Source: Parasitella parasitica NRRL 2501
Taxonomy: Eukaryota; Fungi; Mucoromycota
Assembly: GCA_025201805.1 (NCBI GenBank)
Contig: MU619350.1
Location: 1 to 64,000 of the forward strand
Direction of reading: 5' to 3'
DNA length: 64,000 bases
Below are positions 1 through 11,858 of the stretch, in pieces (within the stretch, counting starts at the first letter, position 1; every line of letters starts with the position of its first letter). The notes under the pieces were generated by a model. That model did not search any database. It saw nothing but the letters and a program-made list of their open reading frames with translations, and was not told the DNA's origin. The position numbers were made by a program, and so were the translations under genes.

Positions 1-623
1 CGACGTTGCGTTGAACAGGTTTGTCCTTATGAGCTAAATCAGCACGGACTCCTTGCAATATGCCATCCATCACCTTGATCTTTTCGTTTAGCTGTGAAAC
101 TTCTTGGAAAGAGTCAGGGTCATCAGATTCGATGCGATCCACTACTTGATCACGCATGGCTTGAATCATAAGCTCATACTTCATCTCTTTAGCTCTCAAG
201 CTTTCAAGTGTGATGTGAGCATACTTCGAATTCATATTATGCGGGGAAGATATGCTAAATGATGAAGTCTACTCGTGGCCTCTCTGTCCTCGTGTAGTTC
301 ATTTTGAACGGATTCGATGTTCCGTTATCTTTAGGATTTTGAAACTCGTTTAAATTAGTTTTAAGATCACCAACCACCGTTGGATTTCTATATTGTTGTG
401 TACCATTGTACTCATCCGTACGACCATCATCAGGTTCATGAAGGTCTTTCTCAACCTCCATGTCCTCCAAATCATCCTCGAATTCAGATAGAAGATTATC
501 ACGATTAGGGGCAGTGTCAAAGTCCTTTTCATAGGATTGCGAGGAACTGTATTCATCGTGAGTTTGATTACGTGCCTTTTCGGTCACTTGGGAATCAGTG
601 TAATTTTCCTTTTTTTCAGCCAT
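1..623 (-). pseudogene. Disrupted gag-like first ORF of an LTR retrotransposon (continues off the left edge)
   Basis: ORF 623-255 starts 75 bp downstream of the minus-sense LTR at 699-921. After a stop and frame change, a helical-looking frame opens at 235 (MNSKYAHITLESLRAKEMKYELMIQAMRDQ...) and stays open to position 1. Identity is inferred from position only. Confidence 0.5.
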
Positions 624-698
624 TTGACTTTCGAAAGGTAAACGTGGTTATTTTTTAATGTAAAGAACGAATCGTTCAAGAACGTTGATATAAAAAAA

Positions 699-921
699 TG
701 AGAGTTATATGAATAACGATTATTTCCAAAGACAATTAAATAAAGAGACTACAAGCGATTATATCACGGAGAACGTAGGGTCTTTATTAAAGATTGAAAA
801 GGAAGCCAGGATTGCTCTGGTCCTGGTTTCTAAAAGTCTTTATACAATTCCATTTGAATGTCAGTGTCAATATTGGAATTGAGATGAGATTCAACCTTCA
901 ATTAATAGGCGAAAACCGACA
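699..921 (-). mobile_element. LTR family A, 5' LTR of an element inserted into a DIRS element
   Basis: TG...CA termini; TATAAA and AATAAA in the minus sense; near-identical to solo copies at 10990-11215 and 30965-31186, which have perfect TSDs. Confidence 0.85.
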
Positions 922-2265
922 GATACCATGGATCAATTGGACGACGAAACTGTTTGCGAATCCTCCTTGGAACCTGATCTCCCGCGTTCTCCGGAAAATT
1001 GTGCAGGAGAGGCATCCTCTGGTATTTTTGGTAGTTTCATACTGGCCGAGCGCCATGTGGTTCCCTCTGGTCCAACGCCTAGCTCTTTCTCCACCTCTGA
1101 TGCTTTCATCCCGTATGATCAAAACGACATCCCCCAGGACACCTCATCCACTGACACATCAGAATTGGACTCTCTCCGTGTGGCCATCATCCGCAATAAA
1201 CTTGTAAACGCAAATCTTACCGAACAAGCTATTGCGGATTTGATGGCACAGAAATTGGCCAAGAACGGTACCAACCGTCTGTATCGTAAAAACCAGCTTC
1301 GTTTCCTGGCGTGGGCTCTTGACAAAAGCGTTTCCTGTACGGCTTTCTCTGGTTCGAACTTGGTTAATTTTCTGGCATATATTCGTCAAACCCATAACTT
1401 AGAGGTCTCCCCTCTAAAAACGGCACGAGCGGCGGTAGCTCACCTCCATGACTGCCCCAAAGGTATCAGCGAGGACGCTCTGGTGAACTCCTACTTGGAC
1501 TCTCTTTCAAGGCAGACTCCTCCAGTGGCGATCCGTCGTGATCCGGTTGATCTGGCTCCCTCTTTGGCGTATGCTCGATCTATTCCATCGAATACTCGTA
1601 CCTCTCTCAAGCATTTACAACAGAAATTAGCTTTCCTCTTGGCCATGGCTGCTTTCTTACGTCCTTCCGATTTTGCTCGCATTCCTTTCGCCTCGTGCAT
1701 GGTTGATGGTAATTCTGGCTGTTTGAAGTTTCATGTAGTTGCTCCAAAAGAGACAAGGTCAAAACGTCGTATAATCAAGCCATGTACCATCCACCCTCAC
1801 GCTACTGATATGGAACTATGCCCGGTGAAATGCTTCCTAGCCTTACGTGATCACCCAGCTCTGCAGGCTCGCCGACGGGACTCCCACTTGTTTGTTAAAT
1901 CTAACAACATCCATCAACCTCTGTCGGCTAGCGCCTTGTTATCCTGGCCTCACCGTGAGTTTATCTCGTTGGCTACTTCCGAATCTCGGGTGTCTATTCG
2001 CTCATTGGCTTCTTCCCGGGCTTTGGAACAACAAGGTGTGCCAGTTCAAGATATTGTCACCTTAGGTAACTGGACTTCCTCATCAGATACATTTCGCAAT
2101 CATTACCAGCAAAATCACATGGCTCAAGTCGACTTTACCTCTACGGTCCTTTCCGGCACAGGCCACGATGAATTCTTCGATCCCCAAGATAATTTTCTCT
2201 GGATTAGCAATAAATATTTCGGTCTTATAAACGTAGGGCCAAAACGGCGCCATTCAAAACGATAA
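922..2265 (+). mobile_element. DIRS-type tyrosine-recombinase retrotransposon, 3' half
   Basis: Adenine-methyltransferase-like tail (IPWINW..LFANPPWNLISRVL..YWPSAMWFP, 922-1110) overlaps a tyrosine recombinase ORF in another frame, which is the typical DIRS layout. Confidence 0.88.
928..2265 (+). CDS. DIRS tyrosine recombinase (phage-integrase fold)
   Basis: Catalytic-type motifs FLRPSD (R), APKE (K), LCPV, LFV, SIRSLAS (R of HxxR), LGNW (W) and FRNHY (Y) in an uninterrupted 445-aa ORF. Confidence 0.88.
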   Translation: MDQLDDETVCESSLEPDLPRSPENCAGEASSGIFGSFILAERHVVPSGPTPSSFSTSDAFIPYDQNDIPQDTSSTDTSELDSLRVAIIRNKLVNANLTEQAIADLMAQKLAKNGTNRLYRKNQLRFLAWALDKSVSCTAFSGSNLVNFLAYIRQTHNLEVSPLKTARAAVAHLHDCPKGISEDALVNSYLDSLSRQTPPVAIRRDPVDLAPSLAYARSIPSNTRTSLKHLQQKLAFLLAMAAFLRPSDFARIPFASCMVDGNSGCLKFHVVAPKETRSKRRIIKPCTIHPHATDMELCPVKCFLALRDHPALQARRRDSHLFVKSNNIHQPLSASALLSWPHREFISLATSESRVSIRSLASSRALEQQGVPVQDIVTLGNWTSSSDTFRNHYQQNHMAQVDFTSTVLSGTGHDEFFDPQDNFLWISNKYFGLINVGPKRRHSKR

Positions 2266-2797
2266 AAAATTCTATCTTTTGTGATATACATATCATTTGA
2301 TAATTTTATAGATATCAATGAAAATATGGATACCAATGTTGTTGCCAGATAGTGCCAAGTCAACACGAAGTTTTCCAAGTTAGATCGCGGTTCTACGGTC
2401 ATTTTAGCCCAAGTTATGAGCAAAATTCTAATTTTTATGATCAATATTGAAAAATAAAACTGTTTTTGCAGATAACTTTTGATAGAGACATTGCCCAGTG
2501 GAAATCAAGTTATGCTCTGATAGCGATGATCATGACCTGTATAAGTAAGGGTATGCTGCTAGTTTAACGTAATATTGATTTGCCAAAATTTAAGAAAGGT
2601 GATAATGGTAATGTACTTCGACTGAAGATGTTGGAACTTGTTTTGCAACGTATTTTTATACTTCGCGAAACAGGAGAATGATGGCTTTTTGTTTCAATCG
2701 AGAAAGTTAACTGTAACATAGACGTATGTTATTGATAATCATTAAGGTACTACTACTACTGTCAGATCAGGGATAGATTGCCTTGGAGGAAAATAAG

Positions 2798-3885
2798 ACA
2801 TCGTACGCTGTCAAGGATGATGTTACTTGCAAATTACTCTTATCAATTAATATTCTAAAGAAGTCACCAAAAATTTATGTAATAGTAAAAAGTATAATTA
2901 GCAAATGCTGTGTAATAAGATCCTCTGCGAGAACGCTCATTATGTGAAAGTAGAGAATTGCTGTGTGAATTGCTGTGTGATCTCTTAATACTGTAACTCT
3001 AGGCAAGTAGGTAGCCACACCATGAAATGTTTAAATGTGTATGATCGTAGAATAGCAGGATAAAAGATGATTTATTTCAAGAACAGATTGAAGAATCTAT
3101 TTAATCTCAACAGTTTCAATGTTAGTACTCGCATGCCGATTGTCTATGTTCAAACAAAGTGCTGGGATGATTACGATGTATTTTTTTATTTTATTTTCCT
3201 CGTAAAATTTATTAAAACACACAAAAAGAGTGCCAAAAAATTCTAAATTGCGCGATTGATTTGGCTAAGTCAACCCCTAAATCTTAAAAACAAAAAAACA
3301 GGGTTTCCCCCTGTTTTGATGTAGGGCGGAGCTTGAAATTCGACCAAAAATACAAATTGGTAAGGTTTCAATGAATACCCCCCCTAAATAGCCGAAAAAT
3401 GCCTTACCACACTTCACAGCTTTGGATAAAATGGCCCATCTCAAGAACTGCTAGGGTAAGCACAGTCGATGAGTAGAAACAGCCTACATGCTCCTGTATG
3501 ACCCGGATAAAGACCTAATGTCAAGTTTCAGTGATAGGCCATCCACTTGACATCAAGAGAGAAGGGAAACTACAAATATAAAACAAATTTTTTTTTCCAG
3601 TTAGTGAAAAAGCTCTTACAGAGGAAACATTATAAATGATAATACCTGAATGAACTACTGCACTAGGAACACGCCATCCTGTATATCTTTTTCTTGTGAT
3701 AGATACTATAAAAACGTGCAAAAGAGTATTAGTTATGATCTTTTAGAAAAGTGTGTACTATTTACTGTTTTTAAGGGAAAAATCGACTTTACCCACAATC
3801 AAAGAGGTAAAGCATATAATACCAGCAATAATGAACACAAATTGCACGTGTTTGGACTTTAGAAATCAAGTATAATAAGAGTATA
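2798..3885 (+). repeat. Left arm of long inverted repeat (partner 11859-12946)
   Basis: 1088 bp reverse-complement match with one mismatch noticed; identical spurious ORFs on opposite strands. Diverged homology extends outward to ~2570/~13165. Confidence 0.95.
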
Positions 3886-4290
3886 NNNNNNNNNNNNNNN
3901 NNNNNNNNNNNNNNNNNNNNNNNNNNNNNNNNNNNNNNNNNNNNNNNNNNNNNNNNNNNNNNNNNNNNNNNNNNNNNNNNNNNNNNNNNNNNNNNNNNNN
4001 NNNNNNNNNNNNNNNNNNNNNNNNNNNNNNNNNNNNNNNNNNNNNNNNNNNNNNNNNNNNNNNNNNNNNNNNNNNNNNNNNNNNNNNNNNNNNNNNNNNN
4101 NNNNNNNNNNNNNNNNNNNNNNNNNNNNNNNNNNNNNNNNNNNNNNNNNNNNNNNNNNNNNNNNNNNNNNNNNNNNNNNNNNNNNNNNNNNNNNNNNNNN
4201 NNNNNNNNNNNNNNNNNNNNNNNNNNNNNNNNNNNNNNNNNNNNNNNNNNNNNNNNNNNNNNNNNNNNNNNNNNNNNNNNNNNNNNNNNN

Positions 4291-4390
4291 GTTGACATAT
4301 GCAAAGCATATGCAATTTGCAGTAAGATCGATCAATTACTATATAAAGATGTGTAACCAAAAATGTACACTACAGCTACTTGCACATATC
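4291..4390 (+). repeat. Inner inverted repeat segment (partner ~10812-10910)
   Basis: ~100 bp reverse-complement match with a few mismatches. Confidence 0.9.
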
Positions 4391-4959
4391 AATTGTATTG
4401 AAATATCTGAAATACACATCATTTTTAGCGTTTTGTACGAAAACAGTTGTGGTAGTACCGTAGTAATTTCCAAATCTAACTCTAACATTGATTTTATGCT
4501 TTTTGTTATCTCAGCAGGATTATCTGCACTATGAGTAAAGTATAAATATCAGGGATCTACGGCCTTATTAGATAATCAGGGACAGATTGGTAAGAGAAGA
4601 TACGCAGAAGTTTATTTCAAACAAGGAGGTTATGATTTAATAAGGGAAAGTTGGAAAAAAGTTGGAAAAAAGTCGGAGAAAGATAAGAAAATAGCTAGGG
4701 ATATTTAATAAGGGGATTTGATGAGAAGATCTGACGAAGAAAACTCTTCTTTGCTGATCAAAATGGCCTCTATTTATACTTTTTTGCGAGCTGTCTAGTT
4801 CACTGAGATGTGAACTAGACTATCTACTATAATGTGGATCAATTATTAGGTAAATATGATATTGTCGATCAATAAGTCAGTAGTATAATGTGGATGAGTA
4901 AGGCAAGAATGACAACGTGAATCAGAGAAGCAAGAATGCAATGTGGATTGATTAGGGAA

Positions 4960-5227
4960 TGATTTATCAGAAAAGTTCAAATAGAAACTAATCAGGTAAA
5001 GATCCGTTTATAACATTCAAAAATAGAGGGTTTATATACTTTCTATGAACTGAGGGAAGCGATGTGAAGATAAAGGTTTTAGTGATGAGATCCGGGATAT
5101 AGGGTAGATTGTATCTAATCCAAATGTCATTTCATATTATTTTATGATCTGATGTTTTACTCTTCAGTATGAGTTTTTATATATATTATATTATATATTG
5201 ACATCCGGCTTTATAATTGATACATTA
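4960..5227 (-). mobile_element. Diverged LTR family B-like copy
   Basis: Starts TGATTTATCAGAA, contains AATCAGGTAAAGATC and ends ATTGATACATTA, like family B. No TSD. Confidence 0.55.
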
Positions 5228-5401
5228 AGGTTCAACAACCACCAGTTAGTAGGCAAAAACCGACGGATTTACTGCTTACATTTCGGATAATACAATTGAA
5301 ATGTTGTGTACCGTGAAACGAAGCACGAAGCCCATATTTTCATTTTCTATCGGTAAATATATCCAACATACCACTTATTATTTTTTGAGATATTAAGCAA
5401 T

Positions 5402-6288
5402 TGATTTATCAGAATGAGAAATTATTCAAATAAAACGGTTGTGAATTAATCAGGTAAAGATCTCGTTTTTTACATGAAAAAAATGATGGTTTATATNNNN
5501 NNNNNNNNNNNNNNNNNNNNNNNNNNNNNNNNNNNNNNNNNNNNNNNNNNNNNNNNNNNNNNNNNNNNNNNNNNNNNNNNNNNNNNNNNNNNNNNNNNNN
5601 NNNNNNNNNNNNNNNNNNNNNNNNNNNNNNNNNNNNNNNNNNNNNNNNNNNNNNNNNNNNNNNNNNNNNNNNNNNNNNNNNNNNNNNNNNNNNNNNNNNN
5701 NNNNNNNNNNNNNNNNNNNNNNNNNNNNNNNNNNNNNNNNNNNNNNNNNNNNNNNNNNNNNNNNNNNNNNNNNNNNNNNNNNNNNNNNNNNNNNNNNNNN
5801 NNNNNNNNNNNNNNNNNNNNNNNNNNNNNNNNNNNNNNNNNNNNNNNNNNNNNNNNNNNNNNNNNNNNNNNNNNNNNNNNNNNNNNNNNNNNNNNNNNNN
5901 NNNNNNNNNNNNNNNNNNNNNNNNNNNNNNNNNNNNNNNNNNNNNNNNNNNNNNNNNNNNNNNNNNNNNNNNNNNNNNNNNNNNNNNNNNNNNNNNNNNN
6001 NNNNNNNNNNNNNNNNNNNNNNNNNNNNNNNNNNNNNNNNNNNNNNNNNNNNNNNNNNNNNNNNNNNNNNNNNNNNNNNNNNNNNNNNNNNNNNNNNNNN
6101 NNNNNNNNNNNNNNNNNNNNNNNNNNNNNNNNNNNNNNNNNNNNNNNNNNNNNNNNNNNNNNNNNNNNNNNNNNNNNNNNNNNNNNNNNNNATAAATAAG
6201 GAACATGATCCATTGGGATATGTTCCTGAATTGTGTTCAGGATTGAGTTTACTTGAGTTTGACTTCCGGTTGGGAAATTGACACATCA
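5402..6288 (-). mobile_element. LTR family B copy spanning an assembly gap, TSD GCAAT
   Basis: TGATTTATCA...TGACACATCA termini; GCAAT directly on both flanks; both ends match the 307-bp copy at 11220-11526. Confidence 0.85.
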
Positions 6289-6574
6289 GCAATGAAAGTT
6301 TGGGATGCTGTGAGCAAGTTGCAATGGCAACATATTTCTGAGCTTGAATTTATCACTGCGAATAAAGGCCTTTAACAATAAAGCACCTACTTCAATTGAG
6401 GAGCAAAACATGAGCTTCGTTAGAAATTTGGTTATGTCTTGATATGACTCAATAGCTGAGATGCTGTAAAATATGATTTAAAAAGCTATTTTTATGTAGC
6501 TTTACGTTTTGTTCAAAATAAATGCCGCCTAATCATGACCATCACCTTTTCCCCCGCTTAAAAGCATAATGTAC

Positions 6575-6880
6575 AATCTCTGATATCTTTACAAACTATT
6601 AAGCGATAGAGACACAACTTTCAGCCAAAATCTTCTTTTTTTGCACCATTCTACAGCATATCCGAGTTTCATGCACCTCTGACCATTTTTCAGATTTTGC
6701 TATGTTTGGACCCCAAACCTCATATTCCATTTTCAGTTTTCAACTTCGGGTCAACCTTCAGGGTCATTTTTAGGTACGGATTCGGGGTCCAAGCCAAGTA
6801 TACATTCAAGTACTGGTATGATAACTGTATCTCACTACGTCTTCCGATTCTCGATATCTATCTTTGCTGTCAAGATATTC
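6575..6880. repeat. Dispersed non-coding repeat with internal inverted repeat (diverged copy at ~8075-8370)
   Basis: Shared TTACAAACTATTAAGCGAT...TTTGGACCC...AACCTTCAGG...ATAACTGTATCTCA blocks; internal TTGGACCCC/GGGGTCCAA pair. Confidence 0.7.
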
Positions 6881-8370
6881 CCAAAACCAAATTTTGCAGA
6901 TTTTCCAATTTTTACAGCATATGGTCCTAAAACAAGTGCAAAATTTTGAAATTAAATCATGTTCAAGTTCCTAAGCAAAGTAATAAAGCACGTTTTGGTA
7001 CATCGATTGGTAATAAACATGTTGTATTCAAGCTCGAATTCGACAAGATTGGGCCAATTTTGCGTTTTTACGTCAAACTTTATCCGCCTGTTTCTCAAAA
7101 AGCTACTATAGCACTTGGTCTTGAGTGATTATTAAAATCTTTTTGAAACTTGATTTTCTACTAGATGTATTAATTTTTAGATAGATATGTCGAAAAAAAT
7201 ATTTTTTCATATGTTTTTAGCAGAGGCTTAATTTATTTTCATAACTTTCAGAGCAATAAATGGTATATGAAGATACATGATATAGCAATAATAAAATAAA
7301 GCTAAAAAATAGCTACGGGATAGTTTTTGTTTGGTCAAGAAATACCAATTTTGCTGCGAGAAAATCTCGGAAAACGGAATTGATTTTTACCCTTTTGAAT
7401 GGCTTCATTTTGGCCCTCTAAACATAGGGCCGGAAAATCGTAGATTCATTTTGGTCGAGACAAGATTTTGATTTTAGGTAAATATAATAGAGCCACAGTT
7501 GTGAACAAAATATTTATGTGTAGGTATTGACACGGCGGTTTGTTTGGTCAACTTTATAGAACTGAATGTGCTCAAAATATGCTTGATTTAACTCAAAAAC
7601 TATCAAAAAGGGCATTTTTTGAATATTTGAAAATTGGCAATAAGAAAAATTGTTTCTATAGCCTTGTAAATTATATGGTTAGACGCAGAATTTATATATT
7701 GTTATAAAACACTTAGTACGCATACCCGATATACTTATTATTTTTTTTGAAATATCTAGCAATAAAATATGCAAATTATCTTGGAATTTGGTCTGGCCCA
7801 AATGGACACACAATGCTGAGATTCAATCTACAGCCTATTTTGTCGCTGAGAATGAGAGCGCCATCTATTCTCAATTTAAGAAGAAAACACGAGTCTAATA
7901 TAGCTAACTTGGGTATGATGTTTCAATATAAATCGATAGCCGGAATACTGCATATATAATACGAACTTGAAAACTATTTTTGTATGCCTTCATTTTTGGA
8001 TAAAATGCATACCACCAAATCAAAGATATAACAATGTTCCACGCTTGAACGCATGATTTGCAGTTACTGCTACCTTTACAAACTATTAAGCGATGAAGAT
8101 ACACCTTTCAGCCAAGATATTTTCCATTGGAACTATTCTATATAACATATCCAATTCTCAAATATTTCTGACCATTATTCAGATTTTGCCATATTTGGAC
8201 CCAAACCTCATCATATTCGATTTTCAATTTTCAAATCTGGGGTAACCTTCAGGATCATTTTGAGGTATGGATTTGTGGTCCATGAAAATTATACATCCTA
8301 GCTCTAGTACAATAACTGTATCTCAATCACGCTTTTCGAATTCCAATATCTGTCTTAGTTATCGAGATAC

Positions 8371-8447
8371 TGATTTATCAGAATGAGAAATTATTTAAAT
8401 AAAACGGTTGTGAATTAATCAGGTAAAGATCTCGTTTATTACATGGA
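8371..8447 (-). mobile_element. Truncated LTR family B copy
   Basis: First ~77 bp match family B, then unrelated sequence and a gap. Confidence 0.7.
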
Positions 8448-10989
8448 ATGATCTGCCATAATTATAGACAGAAGATCATGACAANNNNNNNNNNNNNNNN
8501 NNNNNNNNNNNNNNNNNNNNNNNNNNNNNNNNNNNNNNNNNNNNNNNNNNNNNNNNNNNNNNNNNNNNNNNNNNNNNNNNNNNNNNNNNNNNNNNNNNNN
8601 NNNNNNNNNNNNNNNNNNNNNNNNNNNNNNNNNNNNNNNNNNNNNNNNNNNNNNNNNNNNNNNNNNNNNNNNNNNNNNNNNNNNNNNNNNNNNNNNNNNN
8701 NNNNNNNNNNNNNNNNNNNNNNNNNNNNNNNNNNNNNNNNNNNNNNNNNNNNNNNNNNNNNNNNNNNNNNNNNNNNNNNNNNNNNNNNNNNNNNNNNNNN
8801 NNNNNNNNNNNNNNNNNNNNNNNNNNNNNNNNNNNNNNNNNNNNNNNNNNNNNNNNNNNNNNNNNNNNNNNNNNNNNNNNNNNNNNNNNNNNNNNNNNNN
8901 NNNNNNNNNNNNNNNNNNNNNNNNNNNNNNNNNNNNNNNNNNNNNNNNNNNNNNNNNNNNNNNNNNNNNNNNNNNNNNNNNNNNNNNNNNNNNNNNNNNN
9001 NNNNNNNNNNNNNNNNNNNNNNNNNNNNNNNNNNNNNNNNNNNNNNNNNNNNNNNNNNNNNNNNNNNNNNNNNNNNNNNNNNNNNNNNNNNNNNNNNNNN
9101 NNNNNNNNNNNNNNNNNNNNNNNNNNNNNNNNNNNNNNNNNNNNNNNNNNNNNNNNNNNNNNNNNNNNNNNNNNNNNNNNNNNNNNNNNNNNNNNNNNNN
9201 NNNNNNNNNNNNNNNNNNNNNNNNNNNNNNNNNNNNNNNNNNNNNNNNNNNNNNATGTTGTGCCAGTGTCAAAGGGCGCAGCGTAATGTTATGTAAATAA
9301 GATTTGTATAAAGTAATAAAGACTTTCTGAATAAAACCAGATACAAAACTGAAGACTTTTATTGATATAAGATATGATCTCTATTTATACTAAAATATAT
9401 CCCAATCAATGTTTATCCACATACCATCTGATGTTTGATGCTTGGAGACTTTGTGATAAGTTTGGCATCAAATATGCAATCAAAAAGCTTACAAAATGAC
9501 ATATTTTTGTTGTGCCAGAAAGGCATGAGATTAAGCAATTATTAGATTGGTAATTCTTTGTAATACAATGACAAGGAATAAGCTATTAATGTACAATAGA
9601 ACATGTAATAAACTTGGTATTACATACCAAGTTCAATGTTCAACCATGATGACAAATAGTGTTATTACAATAGATATAATCTAGTAGTATGAAAAGATGG
9701 CATTTTCTTATCAATAAAGTCAATAGTTTTTGTGTCTGATTTTATTTTTATAAAGTCATACATTTTTTGAGCAGATTATATCTATATATCCTCTGCGCAT
9801 AACAATATTATTGAACGATTTAGACCAAAAAATGAGCTTGCTTTTTTAAATTCAGCTGCGTGCTCAATCAAACGCTTTGGAAGTTTAGCTGGTAAACTAT
9901 TATGCCATGACATACCAGCATGGAATCGTCTCAGTTTTCAGAAATCAGTACTGAATGATAGATCAGGATCTCTTTATTTCGAATATAAAACCAATAAAAA
10001 GCACACTATATGTGGAATATGCTTGATGTAAGGATATTCACAGAAAAAAAGTATAAAAAAACAAGTCAACTAGATAACGTATAGATTTATTATTATTTAG
10101 TTCAGACTGGAGAACTCTAATCATTACAGATTGATGCCCTCTTTATATAGTTTCCACTATCACATCTCAATCATTATCAATCTTCAAAGAATATTCTATC
10201 TATTCATGTAGCCTCACTATTGGATTAAGATCTTTGATCAAAATATCAGGCTATATTATACATTGACTTGCATGTATTGTGATTTGTTAAGATTCATTTC
10301 GTATCTTATATGTTGGTTATTCTATTCTTCCGACTATGTACACATTTGATAATATCTATTGAGTAGTATACTCATGATTCAAATATAGTATGAACTGATG
10401 ATCGATGTATGAAATATGGATATTATATCCACACTATACCTTATAACCGTAATATTTTCAAAACGATACTTCTGCTGCATGTCGCAGATTTCTCAGTTTC
10501 GCTTGTTTGTACTGAGCAGTGTAGAGATAAGAGAAACCACTCACATGTCAATTATAATACACCATTATTCGAAGGCTACAATGCATTCAAACTTGGCTGT
10601 CATAACTAAAATTCTAGAGAAGAACTATGAGACTTGAAATAACTAGTTTTCGCATTTGTCCTCTTTTCATCAAGGCTTTTTTAGATTGAAATAACTTTTC
10701 ATCCAAGCAGCCAATTTTCAAACAATAAAGGTATCATATTCAACAACGACAACAAGTTTATCTTGTTATATAGCTTTGGTGCACCAGCAAGTTATAGCTT
10801 TCCCCTTTGATATATGTGCAAGTAACTGTAGTGTACATTTTTGGTTACACATCTTTATATAGTAATTGATCGATCTTACTGCAAGTTGCATATGCTTTGC
10901 ATATGTCAGCATTGATAATAAATAACCTTTTTCTCTCGTAAACTTAACTTTACATTATTTTACATCATACATTCCTCTCTAGTGTATAT

Positions 10990-11215
10990 TGAGAGTTATA
11001 TGAATAACGATTATTTCCAAAGACAATTAAATAAAGAGACTACAAGCGGTTATATCACGGAGAACGTAGGGTCTTTTTTATTAAATATTGAAAAGGAAGC
11101 CAGGATTGCTCTGGTCCTGGTATCCAAAAGTCTTTATACAATTGCATTTGAATGTCAGTGTCAATATTGGAATTGAGATGAGATTCAACCTTCAATTAAT
11201 AGGCGAAAACCGACA
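10990..11215 (-). mobile_element. Solo LTR family A, TSD TATAT
   Basis: TG...CA; TATAT at 10985-10989 and 11216-11220. Confidence 0.9.
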
Positions 11216-11219
11216 TATA

Positions 11220-11526
11220 TGATTTATCAGAATGAGAAATTATTCAAATAAAACGGTTGTGAATTAATCAGGTAAAGATCTCGTTTATTACATGGAAAAA
11301 TGATGGTTTATATACTAGTGAATCTAAGTGGACTGATGGGAGGATAAGATACAAGTGTGAGACATGGTGTGATTTAGAGAATGGAACGATAGATCGTATC
11401 TATTATCCATGAACATGTCATGTTGAGTTATAAATAAGGAACATGATCCATTGGGATATGTTCCTGAATTGTGTTCAGGATTGAGTTTACTTGAGTTTGA
11501 CATCCGGTTGGGAAATTGACACATCA
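11220..11526 (-). mobile_element. Solo LTR family B (307 bp)
   Basis: TGAT...ATCA termini; flanks GTATA/ATATA after removing the family A insertion (4/5 TSD match). Confidence 0.8.
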
Positions 11527-11775
11527 ATATATTTATTTATATTACAGAGAACTAGTCCTTTTATACGAACAACTTTATATTGTTGAATAGTATCTCTTTG
11601 TTTTTACAGTCGGCAAACATTTACTATCTGTCAATTTATAACTATATATATTTTTGTATAGCAATTATTCGTATATATCACCTTAGTTTTGTCACTTTAT
11701 ATTGTTTACTGGTTTGCATGCATTTATTGTTTACGTGATAATACGGTCACACAGGCGTATTAAAAAATTGGCAAC

Positions 11776-11808
<33 letters not shown>

Positions 11809-11858
11809 NNNNNNNNNNNNNNNNNNNNNNNNNNNNNNNNNNNNNNNNNNNNNNNNNN

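Noticed and set aside
794-1207. 137-aa ORF as a real gene
   Set aside because: Chimera of LTR sequence and the DIRS methyltransferase tail.
3521-3862. Small ORFs duplicated at 11882-12223
   Set aside because: By-products of the inverted repeat; no recognisable protein motif.
3789-9296. Long poly-X ORFs
   Set aside because: Artefacts of N gaps.
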